Shown in pieces: positions 37,721 through 52,674 of a stretch of DNA of 64,000 bases. The translations under genes and the position numbers were made by a program. This DNA comes from Selaginella moellendorffii (taxonomy: Eukaryota > Plantae > Lycopodiophyta): assembly GCF_000143415.4 (NCBI RefSeq), contig NW_003314291.1:170674-234673 (forward strand), given 5' to 3'. Below the pieces are notes generated by a model. The model searched no databases, had not been told where the DNA came from, and was given only the letters and a program-made list of their open reading frames with translations. Numbering within the stretch: position 1 is the stretch's first letter; every line of letters starts with the position of its first letter.

Positions 37721-38486
37721 CACCCTCTAGACATTTCTCTGAGACCAGGACCATCTGTTGGTCTCATGAACCTGATGGAACAGAACCCACCTCAGGGAAG
37801 TGAAGGAACAAGCCGCGCAGAGCTGCTTAGGATTCGGCTTCATCTGGGAGGAACGTTTCTGAATTGGGCGCTACTTGATCTGGGTAACCTTGACGCTCTT
37901 GCTGGAACCTTCTTGCTGGAACAGGACACCAACAGGATTCGCATATTCAAGTTTCGCGCTTGTTTTCGTTGAATTCTAGGGCAAAGTGGGGGCAGTCTAT
38001 TTCAAGGGCTCCTGGTGGGATTCGAACCCATAACGCTTCGGGTTAGAAGACACAAAGCATGGCGGACACAGAGTGGGTGGAGGAGCTCGACCTTCCTCCT
38101 GCAACGAAGCGGACAATGGTGGAAGACCTCCTCTGATGGTAATCGTCTAGGGTTAGAGCTGTTTCTAGGGCTGGAGCAGGAAATCCCCGGCGAGCGGTTG
38201 TTCCTGCTTCACAATTTTGGTTTTTTGGTTTGATCTTTGGTTCCTTCCTTCCAGGATACAAGCTGTTCGCATCAAGCAACGAGAGCCAGGACAAATGCAG
38301 TTTCAGGTGGAGGAGACGCCTGGGAGCAGGCGCGTGGTGGATTTGTTGCCAAGCGGATGCCGATAGGGGATTTACATGGCAATGATCCGGAATGCAGCCC
38401 TGTGGACGACCAGAGCGAAGGCTTCTCAGGTGGTGCTCGAGGTGATGGGCACAGGAAGGTCTGGGGGCTCCTCAAGGTCGTAAGCT

Positions 38487-39895
38487 ATGAATTCAGCTGT
38501 GAAGTCTGTGCGCATTTCTTCGAGCTCTACAATCGAGCCTGCTGTGCGTGTGGAGCCAGTTAAGTATGAGTTGACTGGATTCAACCGGATCATGCAGTTT
38601 GTGCCGTATCAGAGGAGGGTCCTCTTCTTCAGAAATCCCTGTGACCGTGGCTGTCATCTGGATTCTCTCAGCAGCAGCCTTTCGAAGGTGCTCGTCAAAT
38701 TTTACTCTTTGTGTGGGAGAATGCATGTCGGGGATGGCATTTCGTGCCCTGTACTGGAGCTAGATTGCTCAGGAAAGCTGGGTGTCCGTTTCAACGAGGC
38801 AGAAACAGATGCAACATTGGATGAACTGGGAAATTTCGAGCCGTCCGAGTTTTGCGACTTGTTGTGTGGTCTTGGCTACACACCAACGTATCCATGGGAT
38901 GCTCAGCTGCCTCTTCTGTTTGCCCAGGTACATTGCTTTCTGTGCATTTCTGCAACCAAATTGACATGTAGTTTTCCTAGGTGACGAGATTTGCATGTGG
39001 AGGTCTTAGTATTGGCCTTGCCTTCAGCCATCAGGCATGCGACGGCGTAAGTGCCTGGGATTTCATGAAGTCGTGGGCAGAAGTTGCAAGAACAGGAGAA
39101 CTAGCGTCCTTCTCTCCAGAGGTAACTTACAGCTACAAGCAGTGGGAGCTGAACGATGAAAAGCTAGAAGAGTACGCTGAAAAGATCGGTTTGAATGCCA
39201 GATTTGACGCAATTCCTCAGCCTCATGATCTTCCTCTCAATGTGGAGAATTCAAAAATCGGAACAAAGCAATACAGAGTGGACAGACAAACAATCGGCAA
39301 GCTCAAAGCTGAGTTCACAAGAAAAGGTCTGAAGCGAGTTTCTTCGTATGAAGTCCTGTGCGCGTACTTCTGGGTAAAGATGGTAGGCGTGAGAAGACTG
39401 GAAACAATGGAGGACAGTTACTTCGCAGTGCTGCTTAACTGCAGGGGTCGAATCAAGTCTATCTCCAAATCATACTTCGGAAACGCCATCGGTTTTGTGT
39501 TTGTGAGAGCCAAGGTGGGGGAGCTGCAACAAGAGAACGGATTTTTCACACGCTGCGCAGCTTCTGCACAAGGCCATCGTTAGCTTCGATGAGGAGACTG
39601 CCGAAGGATCCACAGCTTTCATGGATGTAAGACGTGAAGCCAGGGAGAAGTGGAGGTCCGAGTTGCGACCCGGACAGTTCATCGCGGTGGTCAGCTCGCC
39701 ACGGCATCCGATTTATGAATGCGACTTCGGGTTCGGAAGGCCATGCGGTGTGACTTTCGGAGCTGATGATCTTGGCGACGCGAAGCTGTACCTCTTCCTG
39801 GGGATGGCGGAGCTGAGGTGACTGTAGCCATGCCAGTGGAAGCTCTGCAGAGATTGGAAGTATTTCCGGTTCGATTGGCTGCAGAAGATTGACTT
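38487..39895 (+). pseudogene. BAHD acyltransferase with two frameshifts
   Basis: FYSLCGR, PLLFAQ/VTRFACGG, HxxxD (SHQACDG), YFGNAI, DFGFGRP; intron 38928-38980; frameshifts at ~39545 and ~39798. Confidence 0.85.
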
Positions 39896-40023
39896 GCAGG
39901 TTAAGTGATTCATACACTAACAGTCAGAAGCTTCAACTCGCAATTGCATTGGACTGTACAAGAGCCAAGTTCTAGATCGGATGATACTTACAGGCTTGTA
40001 GAAGATTTACGAGGAAGAGAAAT

Positions 40024-40338
40024 TCACATAAGCATGGCTGCTACAACTACAAGCAATTGCCACCACAAGTAGCCAGCAGAAACAGTCGCCGCACTTGAGT
40101 GGTGGTGCAGGTGGAAAGAATGGTGAAGACTTCGGCCCCTTGAACCGACAACACGGCCCTTTGAACCGACTACATGGCCCCGTGAACCGCCAACTCGGCC
40201 ACCTCCCCCTCCAGCTGCTTTGAGAATCCTGTGATGTTGCAGGGTCGTTGCCACTTCCAATTCGGAGATCTCCCCAGCTTCACAGGCCGCAACAGAAACG
40301 ATGAAGATTAGTAGTAGCAACAGCAGGATCAGCTTCAT
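40024..40338 (-). CDS. Small secreted Gly/His-rich protein with probable GPI-anchor signal
   Basis: Signal MKLILLLLLLIFIVSVAA; (G)xVVGSxG repeats; HHSFHLHHH; SSA followed by hydrophobic tail. Confidence 0.7.
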   Translation of the reverse strand: MKLILLLLLLIFIVSVAACEAGEISELEVATTLQHHRILKAAGGGGGRVGGSRGHVVGSKGRVVGSRGRSLHHSFHLHHHSSAATVSAGYLWWQLLVVVAAMLM

Positions 40339-40720
40339 TCTTACAAGACTCGCGAAATGGATTCGATTTGCCAGGAACCCTCAGCACTTTTATGAGCTGC
40401 TGCAAGGCGCAACGCGAACAGCGGCAAAAGGAATTCATAATGCGCGTACTTGAAAGATCCCGAAACCTTGTAAGTTATTTTAGGGTTCAATATATGCTAC
40501 TCTGTCTTAATTAATAACCGTGAGACTTGGTTAGATAATAGTTTATAAAATGTAAGACTAAATCATAAGTATATTCATTCATAAAGTAGGCATATATTAT
40601 AACCTTCAGAAATTTCCACGAATATAATAAGAATGTTTCTAAAATTTTAATTAGTGCTCTGCAAAAGCCCTTAAGATTACAATAGAAACAAAAAGCTTCA
40701 TTTTAGCTGCTATAGAAGCT

Positions 40721-41532
40721 TCATTTTTTATTTCTAAGAAATGTTAGAATCGCAGATTTAATATCATAGTCACTGGAAAGATTTGGATGTGTGAGGAAGC
40801 TCCAACGAGAAGACTTAATTATTTTAAGTGTCTCCAGGCAATGTAAGTTGTTCAATGGCTCCATCACCCTCTCCTCCGTTAGATCATTCTTGTACCAAAG
40901 TGTCATTCTGAAAATGTTGGGTGCAGAGCGCAAGAGGTTGCTCACAAATTCCCAGTTGTAAGTATTCAGCTCCACAGTGTGCAGTATTGTCGAATTTCAC
41001 ACAATTCCACGCATACTCCTTCAAGCCTCAAAACTGTCAGGTTGGAAGAATCCAGTAGTAATTTTACTTCTTCTGATTCCAACTTGAGATGCAGAGCTTG
41101 GAAAGACTATCACTCCTGATCATTAGCTCTTGTGGGAACGTTAATTGTGCATCACTGTAATGTCCCATTTGAAGAGTTCCAAGGTGTGTACATGAGGAAG
41201 GCATACAAATGGTATTGGTTCCGTACGTATAATGGAACAAAGCAATCCTCTTTAGCGTTGAAGATGACTGCCTGATTGCCTTGAATAGAAGCCCTTGCTC
41301 AACCAAGTTTGCGTTGCAGCGACTGCAGACCTTGCCTGTTCTTCAACAATTCGGATGCAGCAGAACCAGATGCATGAGTCGACAAATTGAGAACCAAGGC
41401 TGGGACTTTGCTGCACATAATCCGCCACTGGGTCGACACAAGAGACAGCTTTTCTAGTTCTTTTGGATCATCAAATCTGTTGATTATGAGCTGAAACACA
41501 TCGTCAGGAACAAACCCTCTGCCCCTCTTCAT
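40721..41532 (-). pseudogene. F-box/LRR gene broken by frameshifts
   Basis: VPDDVFQLIINRF...LSLVSTQWR F-box; LRR-like pieces in three consecutive ORFs. Confidence 0.65.
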
Positions 41533-42169
41533 ACCTACAAAGAGAAGGAAACAGTAGCAAAGCAACTTAGAAATCTAGCGGCCTACATCATGACATTCAC
41601 TGTAGTCTTTGCAACTTGATTTTCATATTAATCCGCCCTTCCTCATAAATTAATCATGGTTAGCTCTTTGTCTAGCAGTTTGTTTGAGTTGTGCAAGTTG
41701 CATTTGTGGGCACTCATGCAATAATATGTGTGCAAGAATCGGCCTGGAAAATTGTGTGTGAGCTCTAGCCTTGGTCGACTGTAATTTTGAATTTTGGCTG
41801 TTTCCTGGTCTCAATTTGCATCTCAAATTGCTTGTTTGTTTTCGCTTCTGCTAGCCGTACTCAAGAATGCATTCATATTTCTCTACTAGGGCAGAATATA
41901 CTAATACCTATAATAGTTTAAGCTCCACTCTTCTTATTAATGTTCATAACTTTATTTCCTGGGGCAAACTCGGTCTCACTTGAATGCAGGCCGAAATTTT
42001 GCTGTAGCTGTATTTGGATCTATGAACAGCTTGTTTGTGTTTATAGGACGCATTCAGTCTTGCAACTTGGTTAGCTTGTATTTCGACTGCCCCTAAGACC
42101 GAATACTTTCTTAAACATATTTCAGCCCACGACCACACAGGTGAATTTCTTTATTTTGCACGAGCTGAG

Positions 42170-44482
<2,313 letters not shown>

Positions 44483-45339
44483 ATCTAACTGAAACACGAG
44501 CTATACTAGTTAGCGTGCTAGCTACATATTTATACTCTGGATGCAAGTGGAGTGTATTATGAACTCTGACCACGGAAGGCAGGAACGGTTTTTTACAACT
44601 ATATAAAAAAAAAACAGGAAATCAGGTCCACTGTAAAGTAACGAAAAGACGGCAGACCACCTAACGGTACGACCCCTGCCCAACTTTAGGTGAGATAGAT
44701 AGAACTGTTTAACATCCGTTGCCGGCCCTTACTGACCATTGGACGGGATGAATGCATATAAGCAATCTTAACTAACCAAATGTGTGATATAGTCGAGGAA
44801 GCTTATTGAGAGAGCTTTGTGTTGCGGATCGACGTCAAACAGTGAACTCCTTTATGCTCATGAGAACAACTGTTTAATGTATTATAGCAGTTCTATCTGT
44901 ATATCTATGAATTTTAATTCATGCCTCCTAAACAGGACTTTATTTTTACCATTTGATGCTGAATACACTGGTCATATGTTTCACGTGGGAAGAGGTAGTG
45001 GGTAGGCTGTCGAATGCAGTCAGCCCCTACTACCAAATGGTGTTGCATTTGATCATGTGGTACTGTGCAAAAGAGGCCAACCTGTTCCTGATTGAGATGT
45101 TTAACCACCTGAACCACCGTGCAATTCAACTCTACTGCAATAAACGCACCACGGAAGAAAAGGACAACACCAATCAGAACAACAAACAAATCATGGTATT
45201 AACCCAATTATTCTTCAGACAAAATCTATAAACAAATTTCATCATTGAAATTTCTGTTTGTATTCGCTCCACAACTGATCCACACTCTTTCCAGTGAGGT
45301 CCTGGAAGTAGCCTTCACTCTACCCATTATAGAGCTTCT

Positions 45340-47420
45340 TGTTAAGCTCTGCCACAAAGCTGGGATGGAGATCGTTGACATAGTTTAGAAACAGCTGTTC
45401 CAATGTAAATTTCCTTTATATTAAATGCACGATATAGAATGCAGCCATTGGAACCTAAAGAAACATACGGAACGTTGAAATATTTCCAGCCTGCTAGTAC
45501 TACTATTCAAATGGTTCTGATATGGGGACCGCATGATCACGTGGGAGGGACCTTACTAACAGCTACTGTAAAACCCAAAGAAGCAATGACTACATTTGAC
45601 AGCCTAGCCACTACCAGATGTGGCATGCAGTCTGCCTGGTATTCCGCAGGCCACAAAGCCTCTTGTGGTCTCTATGAAGGATTGCCCAGCCAGGATCGCT
45701 GACCTGGCGCTGATCTGGGGCGAACAGGGGCATGTCAAGATTGGAAGGGGCGGTACCCCACTGGATTTGTATCTAGGCGCTATATATATATTCCATTGAA
45801 TAAAAGATGTAGACGGTTTTTCAGGTAGTTAGCATGGTATCAGAGCTAAGGCTCTGAATCCTGGAACCAAGGATGGGAATTGTGCGATGGGCAAGCTGCG
45901 CTTGGAGACTGCACAAGCAGATGAAGAGTTTGAGGCTCGTGTTAAAAATGCCCTGTCTCGAGTGACCAATCGGTTGCTGGAGAAGAAGAAGGGGGAGCAC
46001 TTGAAAGCTGTGGAGAGATTGATAGTAAGCCAGGGCTGGTATGTCCTAGATATTGTGAATGAAATGGCGAGCAATCACAAGGCTATTCCTATTCCTCTGT
46101 ATAGTGGGCAAGATTTCGAAAATTGGGTGAAGGAGATCAAATTCATCTTTTTGCGCGACAATTGCAATTAGTAGAGGGCAAAGAGAAAAAACCCTAACAA
46201 GATCTTGCAGATTGGGAAAAAAAAACAACAAAGCACTCTCTACCATGAGAATTGGCTTGGGCAAGCTCCATCATCACCATTTGGATTTGTCCAAGAGTGT
46301 TGTAGAGAACTAGCAAGAACTCAACACAATTTTTAGAGTGCAAGGGGATCCCATAATGTCCAAGGTGCAATTGAAAGCAAACCTATTTGGATTAATACTA
46401 GAGGTAGGAGAGACTCTCACAAGCTTCATTGGAAGAATGAAGAGCCTAATTTCTAAATTGGAGAGCCTTGGTGAGACTGTTGCAAACATAGACAAACAAG
46501 TTGTGATCATGAAAGTTCTTCGAAGGAGTGAGAAGCCAGAGTTAAAGGCTCTGAGACTAACCTTGTCTCAGATGTTTGGATTGAATTTCAAGAAGATTCA
46601 GGCTGCTGTGTTAAAAGAAGAGGACAGAAACATACCAGAGAAGGTATCAGAATCCTCTTTAAGTGCAAACACAATGTATGTTCCAAGACCGGTTAAGCAG
46701 CAAGCCTCTTTCTCAATCCATGAGAAGTGAGGGGCGAGCTTTCTCTTGGAGTCCAAAGATTGGAGGAAGTGGCAATTACACATTTGTGTTTAAGGGTGAT
46801 TGTAACTAGTGTGGCAGACTAGGCCATGATTGTCGAGATCGCTTGGCAAGGCGACCAAGAGTGAAGCGCAGGAAACAGAATTTCAAAGACAAGAGACCTT
46901 AGCAGCAGCAGCAACAAACACAAGATTCTATGCTGATGGCAGTCATAGAGCAAACTGCTGATGCAAACAATCTATGACTTGACTCTGGGGCTACAATGCA
47001 TATGACGCCATTGAAGGATGTGCTTCAAAATTATGCTTCACTTGAACCAGGCATACAAGTGTTCATTGGTGATAGCAAATGATTGGTTGTGATTGGAGTG
47101 GGTAGCATGGTTGTTTAGCTTCAATTTGGAGAACGTAAAAATTTTTGTGGAGTTCACCATGTGCCTGAGATTCATTAAACCTTATTCTTTGTTGGAGATC
47201 ATGGTTTGGAGTTCCAATTCACCAGACAAGGTTGTGTGATTTTGGAAGAGAACATAAATAAAATTGTGGTGTGAGGTGAGTGTTACGCTGGGCTATACAA
47301 ATTGGATGCAAAAGTACTCATGAAAAATCAAGCATTGATAGTGAGTACTAGCAATCCTTTGTAGTTGTGGCATGAATGCTTTAGGCACCCTCATAAGAGA
47401 GCAGTGAAGTAGGTTATATA
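45340..47420 (+). mobile_element. Decayed Ty1/copia element (5' LTR start uncertain; gag, zinc knuckle, protease, GAG-pre-integrase), truncated before integrase core
   Basis: PBS; gag YSGQDFENW; knuckle CN*CGRLGHDCRD ~46800; protease LDSGATMHMT ~46978; LWHECFRHP ~47365; many stops. Confidence 0.8.
45835..45846 (+). promoter_or_regulatory. Primer-binding site (tRNA-iMet) of LTR retrotransposon
   Basis: TGGTATCAGAGC immediately after ...ttagCA, the putative 5' LTR end. Confidence 0.85.
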
Positions 47421-48671
47421 ATTAACTCACTAAAAGATGAAGCTTGCTATCTCTACAGGCTGTTCACTGGAGTTTTGTCTAGTGGCAAGGTTCATGCATA
47501 CCCATGTGATTGTTCATGTGATATTTGCACATCAGATTGCACAACTAAGCTCTATTTCGTTAAAGTGGGATTTATTCAGTAAAATGGGACTAGGTACAAA
47601 TTTTCAAGTATTTGAAAATGACGTGAAATTATATGTTTTTTGTCCAGGGGCTAGACATATCTGGGGCATGGTGACTAGCGCGGTGACTTTATGTCCAGAC
47701 TGTGTCCATCTGGTTGTATAATAAATCTCATTGTCAAGGTGAACAAGCCGAATCTGAAGCTAAAGAAGAGCGATGGCATGCGTGCACACACTATTTGTTT
47801 GTTCATTGAGCGTGTGGTGAGCTTTCCAAGATGAACGTCATTCCTATTAGCCAGACATATAACTTAATGGTAAGAACATTTAGATATTATTCAATGTTAT
47901 CTTTTTCTAACGAATCTAATTGTGAAGGTGTAGCAAGAGGCATTGCTAGTCTGGAGAAGTCATTTAACTCATTTGACCCTTAATGTATTTTCATGAAACT
48001 AAATAACATTCATATTATTAAGGGATTTCTCTAGTACCTTTTTTTTACAACATAGAGGCTTGCATTTCTTTCAAAAGTGATTTAGTAAAAGGCCTGAGGG
48101 CACATGCCATTCTATTTCTCAGACCGGTATTAAGATATACTAGTGCAAAGGGAAAAAGGTATTTGGTGATCAAGTAAATGGCATGAGGGCACACGCCATT
48201 ATAAGCCTAAGCGCTAGTGGACACCTCCTTTTTGGTACTCTCAACGGTACTATCATCCTTCTCCGGGTCAGTTGTTTTGCTTTGGATTGTTGTCTCTGAC
48301 GTTACTGGGGCATTCTCGATAGTTGTTAATGTTGCCGTTTGTTCAGAAAAATGATCACCTGGAGTATAGTACGGGGAGTTTGGAAGACTTATATATTCTA
48401 CATCTTCACCTATCTCCTTCTCCGTCTCCTTTTCTGCCTCACTTACAGATTTTGTGCTTGCCATGAGAACGCTCTTCACCCTAAAATATGGAGTTCGTTG
48501 TGTTATAAAAGGAAACCAACACACACGCTGCAAGGGAATGATGGTACATAAAGCACGTAAGCCCACAATATGGGTTTATGTGCCATTAATATGGGCCACA
48601 CGCCATATTATTAGATTTATGCACGTGTGATTGGTAAATGCATATGTCACATCATCTCAGGCCACATGCCA

Positions 48672-51600
48672 TCACGCCTCCTCTGATTCAGATTCGGATT
48701 GTTCACCTTGAAATAAAATACATTAGAAGCTTAGTAAAGGAATATTAATGAATCTCACCTTGAACCCGGGTTATGAATGCTCTTGCTGCATCTCTTGCAT
48801 GGTCTGGCAAGGTGATGGTGGCACTCTGCTTCCGCATCCAACCATGCACAACATTATCCACCGATATGCTCATGCTGGGATCCCTTGGATTCAGCACCCA
48901 TCTCTTTTCTAGGCAATCCTTCGTATATCCGGAACTTGGTTTGAACCACTCCACAGTTACATTGAAGGAGTTAGTTTCCGCGTCCTCCTCTGCATCAGTG
49001 ATGCAGCACCCCACCCATATCATTTGTTTTTTATTACTGGGTCTGACAAGCACGACCATTCCTTTGCAGACCTGTACTGGATTGAATGCTGAATCCGGCT
49101 TCTTGTTCCTCGGCCCACAATAGTGATCCTCAACATCGTTATCTGTCACTGCATTTCCAGAGGACATTGTTCCACTACTATCTGGTGCTCTGGGTTCTGG
49201 CCAAAAGGACTCTTCCAATTCTTCATATACAACCAGCCCATTTTGGATAGCAAATATAATCTTCTCCCAGTATTCGAGCAAAGGCTTGCACCTCTGAAAA
49301 TAGGATTCTCCACCAAACACCAACCCCCTCTTCCAGAAGGCAATATGCTGTCTAATCCCGGCCACTATACTTTCCTGGTCTTTGAGTCCATCCGGGTGCA
49401 TCGGCCGTGGGGAACCCTGAGGAATCATAGGTTCCCCAGTTATGGGATCTCTCTTGAAGAGTTCAATGCCGTCCACTGGCAGCCACACTGTGTCCCATTC
49501 TCTCATCTTGTACCTCATCACTGGAGCACCGTCACACATGCTGAAATGAAACTGAAGAGGCTTGGAGTGGCCAATCAGCGTTTCGGATCCGTCCCTGATG
49601 TAGCCTCTTACAAACCCCTTAAAGTCTGGAACCTCTGTCAGAAGTGCAGCTTCAACAGTGCCTTTGATGCAATTTTGGAATTCATCGTAGAGTTGTGGGA
49701 GGGTGAGGACATTGGATCGCCGGAGGGACTCTGCCAGGTGACTGAACATGGCATCGACGTCTTCATGAGTGTGCCCAACCATGAGAAAGCCAAGTGTAAC
49801 CGTTTCAAATATGCCTTTGGTAACAAGCATCGCCAAGTACGCGAAGACATACATGTTTTTGTTCTCACTGCCAGCATTGTTTGTTTGGAGCAAAAGATGG
49901 GGTGGAAGGCCACATCGGCCGCAAGAACTTCCTTGAGATTCTGCTTCGTTTGGATGAGGCTGTGCATTCACCGGGCGACCAGCCTCGTCGGAATGGCATG
50001 AGGCCTCACGTGATAACCCTACAATCTGACGGCCAACATATTCACTGGGATGGCATGGGGCCCCACGCGATACTGCAAGCCTTTGCTCCTCCTCCAGCTG
50101 AACCCTGTATGGGGTTCGATCGACAAGGGCCTTATGCAAGGGTTGGCCGTTCAGCTCAGTCTGCGCACTTTGCAGAGACCTTAAGTGTTTTGCTAGGGAC
50201 GCAATCATCATGTTTGCACCCCCGCCACCCCATAGAGGTACAAAGAAGTTCCCATAGTTCTGGGCACCATGCCCATGAGCGATTATGCCAAACAGAGACA
50301 CAGGCAGCTGCATGGATGAAGAGATTGCCTTGGGGGCAGGATTGAGTCGAGGTAAGCACGTCTTTTTCTGGTCCATTTTGTCGTGGATGATGCAGAGGTA
50401 AGAGTCAGGTCTCTCCATGGAGAGAATCCTGTTATGATAATATGCAGTCCTGCAGCTTCTCTGCTCGATGTTGTGGTCGAGCCGCCTTCTAACCAACGTC
50501 TCTCGCTCTTGAGCGCTGCAAGAATTCTTCGACAAAGCCATTTTGATAGCAGTGCACTCGTCACACTTTGAAAAGCTGGAGTACTTTCCTATACTCACAT
50601 CCCTGAACCTGTTGCTCCACAATCTACTAAATCTAGATTGGCTCAGCTTCCTGTAGCCATTACTCTGGAGTTCCCGATTCACATCTTCCAATATGGCCCC
50701 CTTGGTATACATGGAAGGGAGAACTCGTTGGGTGTCTCGTGTTCCATCTTCCAAGAGGCGGGTTTTATGTGGTTGCTGCTCGCTACATGTCTCGACAAAC
50801 CTCTTGAAGATTGCCTCTCCATATACAACATGACCCCTAGTTTTGTGCGTACCATCGTTCCCATGGGCTGCCTGTTGAACCTTTTGTTCCTCGAACTCAG
50901 TTTTGATTCTGTAGAATGTGGTTCGAGGGACTTCATAAATGATTCTCCATGCCTTCATGCAGACCAAACCCCTCTGGAAGACCATGCCCCCCACCTGATG
51001 TTCTGAAGCATCAACAGATGACCGTAATGCCTCATACACAAAATTGCGAGCTGCCTTCCAGGACAATGTCTTGTATCTTGCTCTCTCCTCTTCAATAGCA
51101 TCCCAATCAGCATGTTGACAACACCTCCTCTTGCAACAAGCAACTGTCGAGACCATTCGAACCTCCATCACCATTTTCTGCCTTTTCGGTTCGTTGCTCA
51201 AATCCCTTTGGCTGCGTTTTAGGAAGGTGTACTTTCTTTTCCCATGAAGAGATGTTCTATCATCAGTTGTAGTGGTGTTTGATTGTGAATCCTTCACATT
51301 CTCAAACACTAAGTGCCTCAATTTCCACCGCATAATGCTTCCAATAGTCAGACTGTTTTCTTCTGTGTCAACAACCTCTAAAATCGCAACTCCAATATCA
51401 TCCCAGCCCAATTCTTGATTAGCAACCGCATCTCTTGGATCAACAACTGTGGCTAAGCCCTCAACTACCACCTCCCCCTCGAGGTTGTTTAGAAACACCT
51501 TCGCCTGAATCCATGTAGCATGGTTCTTAAGATCCACGGAGGGAACATGCGTCGCACTTGCATTGTCCCCAACATCTGCTTTCTTCTGAAGATTTTTCAA

Positions 51601-51813
51601 GGCAACAACAACATTTACCCCGACGACCATCTCTCCTTGTTCAATAGCGACCACATTCCCATCGAAGACAGTCTCTACTGATACAACAGCATTGCCTTCC
51701 CCAAGCCTTTGACAGTGTATAACAAAGTTCCGATCCATAAACACAAGGGTCCCTTTTGCAACTCTCTTCCCACCATTCAAAATGTAAACCTTTTCCCCAA
51801 CCCTGAAGGCCAT
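48672..51813 (-). CDS. DUF7869/Sola-like RNase H-fold (DDE/D) transposase; probable short last exon 48672-48706
   Basis: KCDEC, LCIIHDKMDQKK, LLLQTNNAGSENKNMYVFAYLAMLV, FLMVGHTHEDVDAMFS; ORF end RVQ|gtgag can splice to GEQSESESEEA*. Confidence 0.75.
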
Positions 51814-52180
51814 TCTGAAAGTGCAGAAAAGAAGTTAAGACCATACAAAAAATGATTGGAGAATGGCCTAAATCATAACATACCACACAACCTCAATAGC
51901 ATGAGGCCACATGCCATTATTCAAACATGCTATTGACACCCACGTGAAATTTTGCATTCACAAAATTGGCATGAGCCCTCATGCCATCTTGATATACACA
52001 CAGCTGCATGCAAGTAAAAACATACATGACAATACGCTAGCCATGAAATTGCAAGGGCCCAAGATGGCATGTGGCCTCATGCCATTTCTAAATGTGGTCC
52101 TAAGCCATTCCATGGTGAACATACCAGGAAGCACAAGTGCCGAATATCAAGAGGAAGCGGTAGCCACACCAAAGACAGTG

Positions 52181-52330
52181 CCGCTCGCAACACCGCAACT
52201 ACTCGTAGCGCCGCTCGCAACACCGCAACTGCTCGTAGCGCCGCTCGCACAAACTGCCACTCGCATAAACTGCCGCCCGCAATGGCGCTCGCAATGCCAC
52301 AACCGCTCGTAGACGCATAAACCACAGCCC
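52181..52330. repeat. 30-bp GC-rich tandem repeat upstream of transposase
   Basis: ccgctcgcaacaccgcaact(a/g)ctcgtagcg x2, then degenerate copies. Confidence 0.85.
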
Positions 52331-52674
52331 ACAACGCCGCTTACACAAGCAGCGCTCACTGCGCTCAGCGGAACCAAGAACACGGCGCACAAAAATGATA
52401 GACCTAGGAATGAGTTTGAGAATTAAAAAATAACACACGCTTGAATGTCACATCAATCCTCTGACAAACCAGATCTTATGACTCCTCTGACAAATTTCAA
52501 ACTGAGTAGCTTCTAAACTTTGCTGTCGGAGGTTGAACTTTGTCACATCATGTCCTTGCCTCGATCCAGCTGTGCCATGTCAGTGATTCGAACTTTGCTA
52601 TGCCATGTCAGCGATCTGCGCCAAGATTATTCGCCGTGTAAAGGAATAATTATGCTGTGTGTGTACGTCCATTT

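Noticed and set aside
38005-38060. tRNA-like segment (gggttcgaatccca on minus strand); similar B-box-like stretch at ~21585-21615
   Set aside because: Only a T-arm/B-box-like part is visible; I could not build a full cloverleaf or A-box, so no tRNA or SINE is called.
47420-47720. Terminal inverted repeat for the large element
   Set aside because: No convincing match to the 60.3-60.8 kb side found by eye; termini left undefined.
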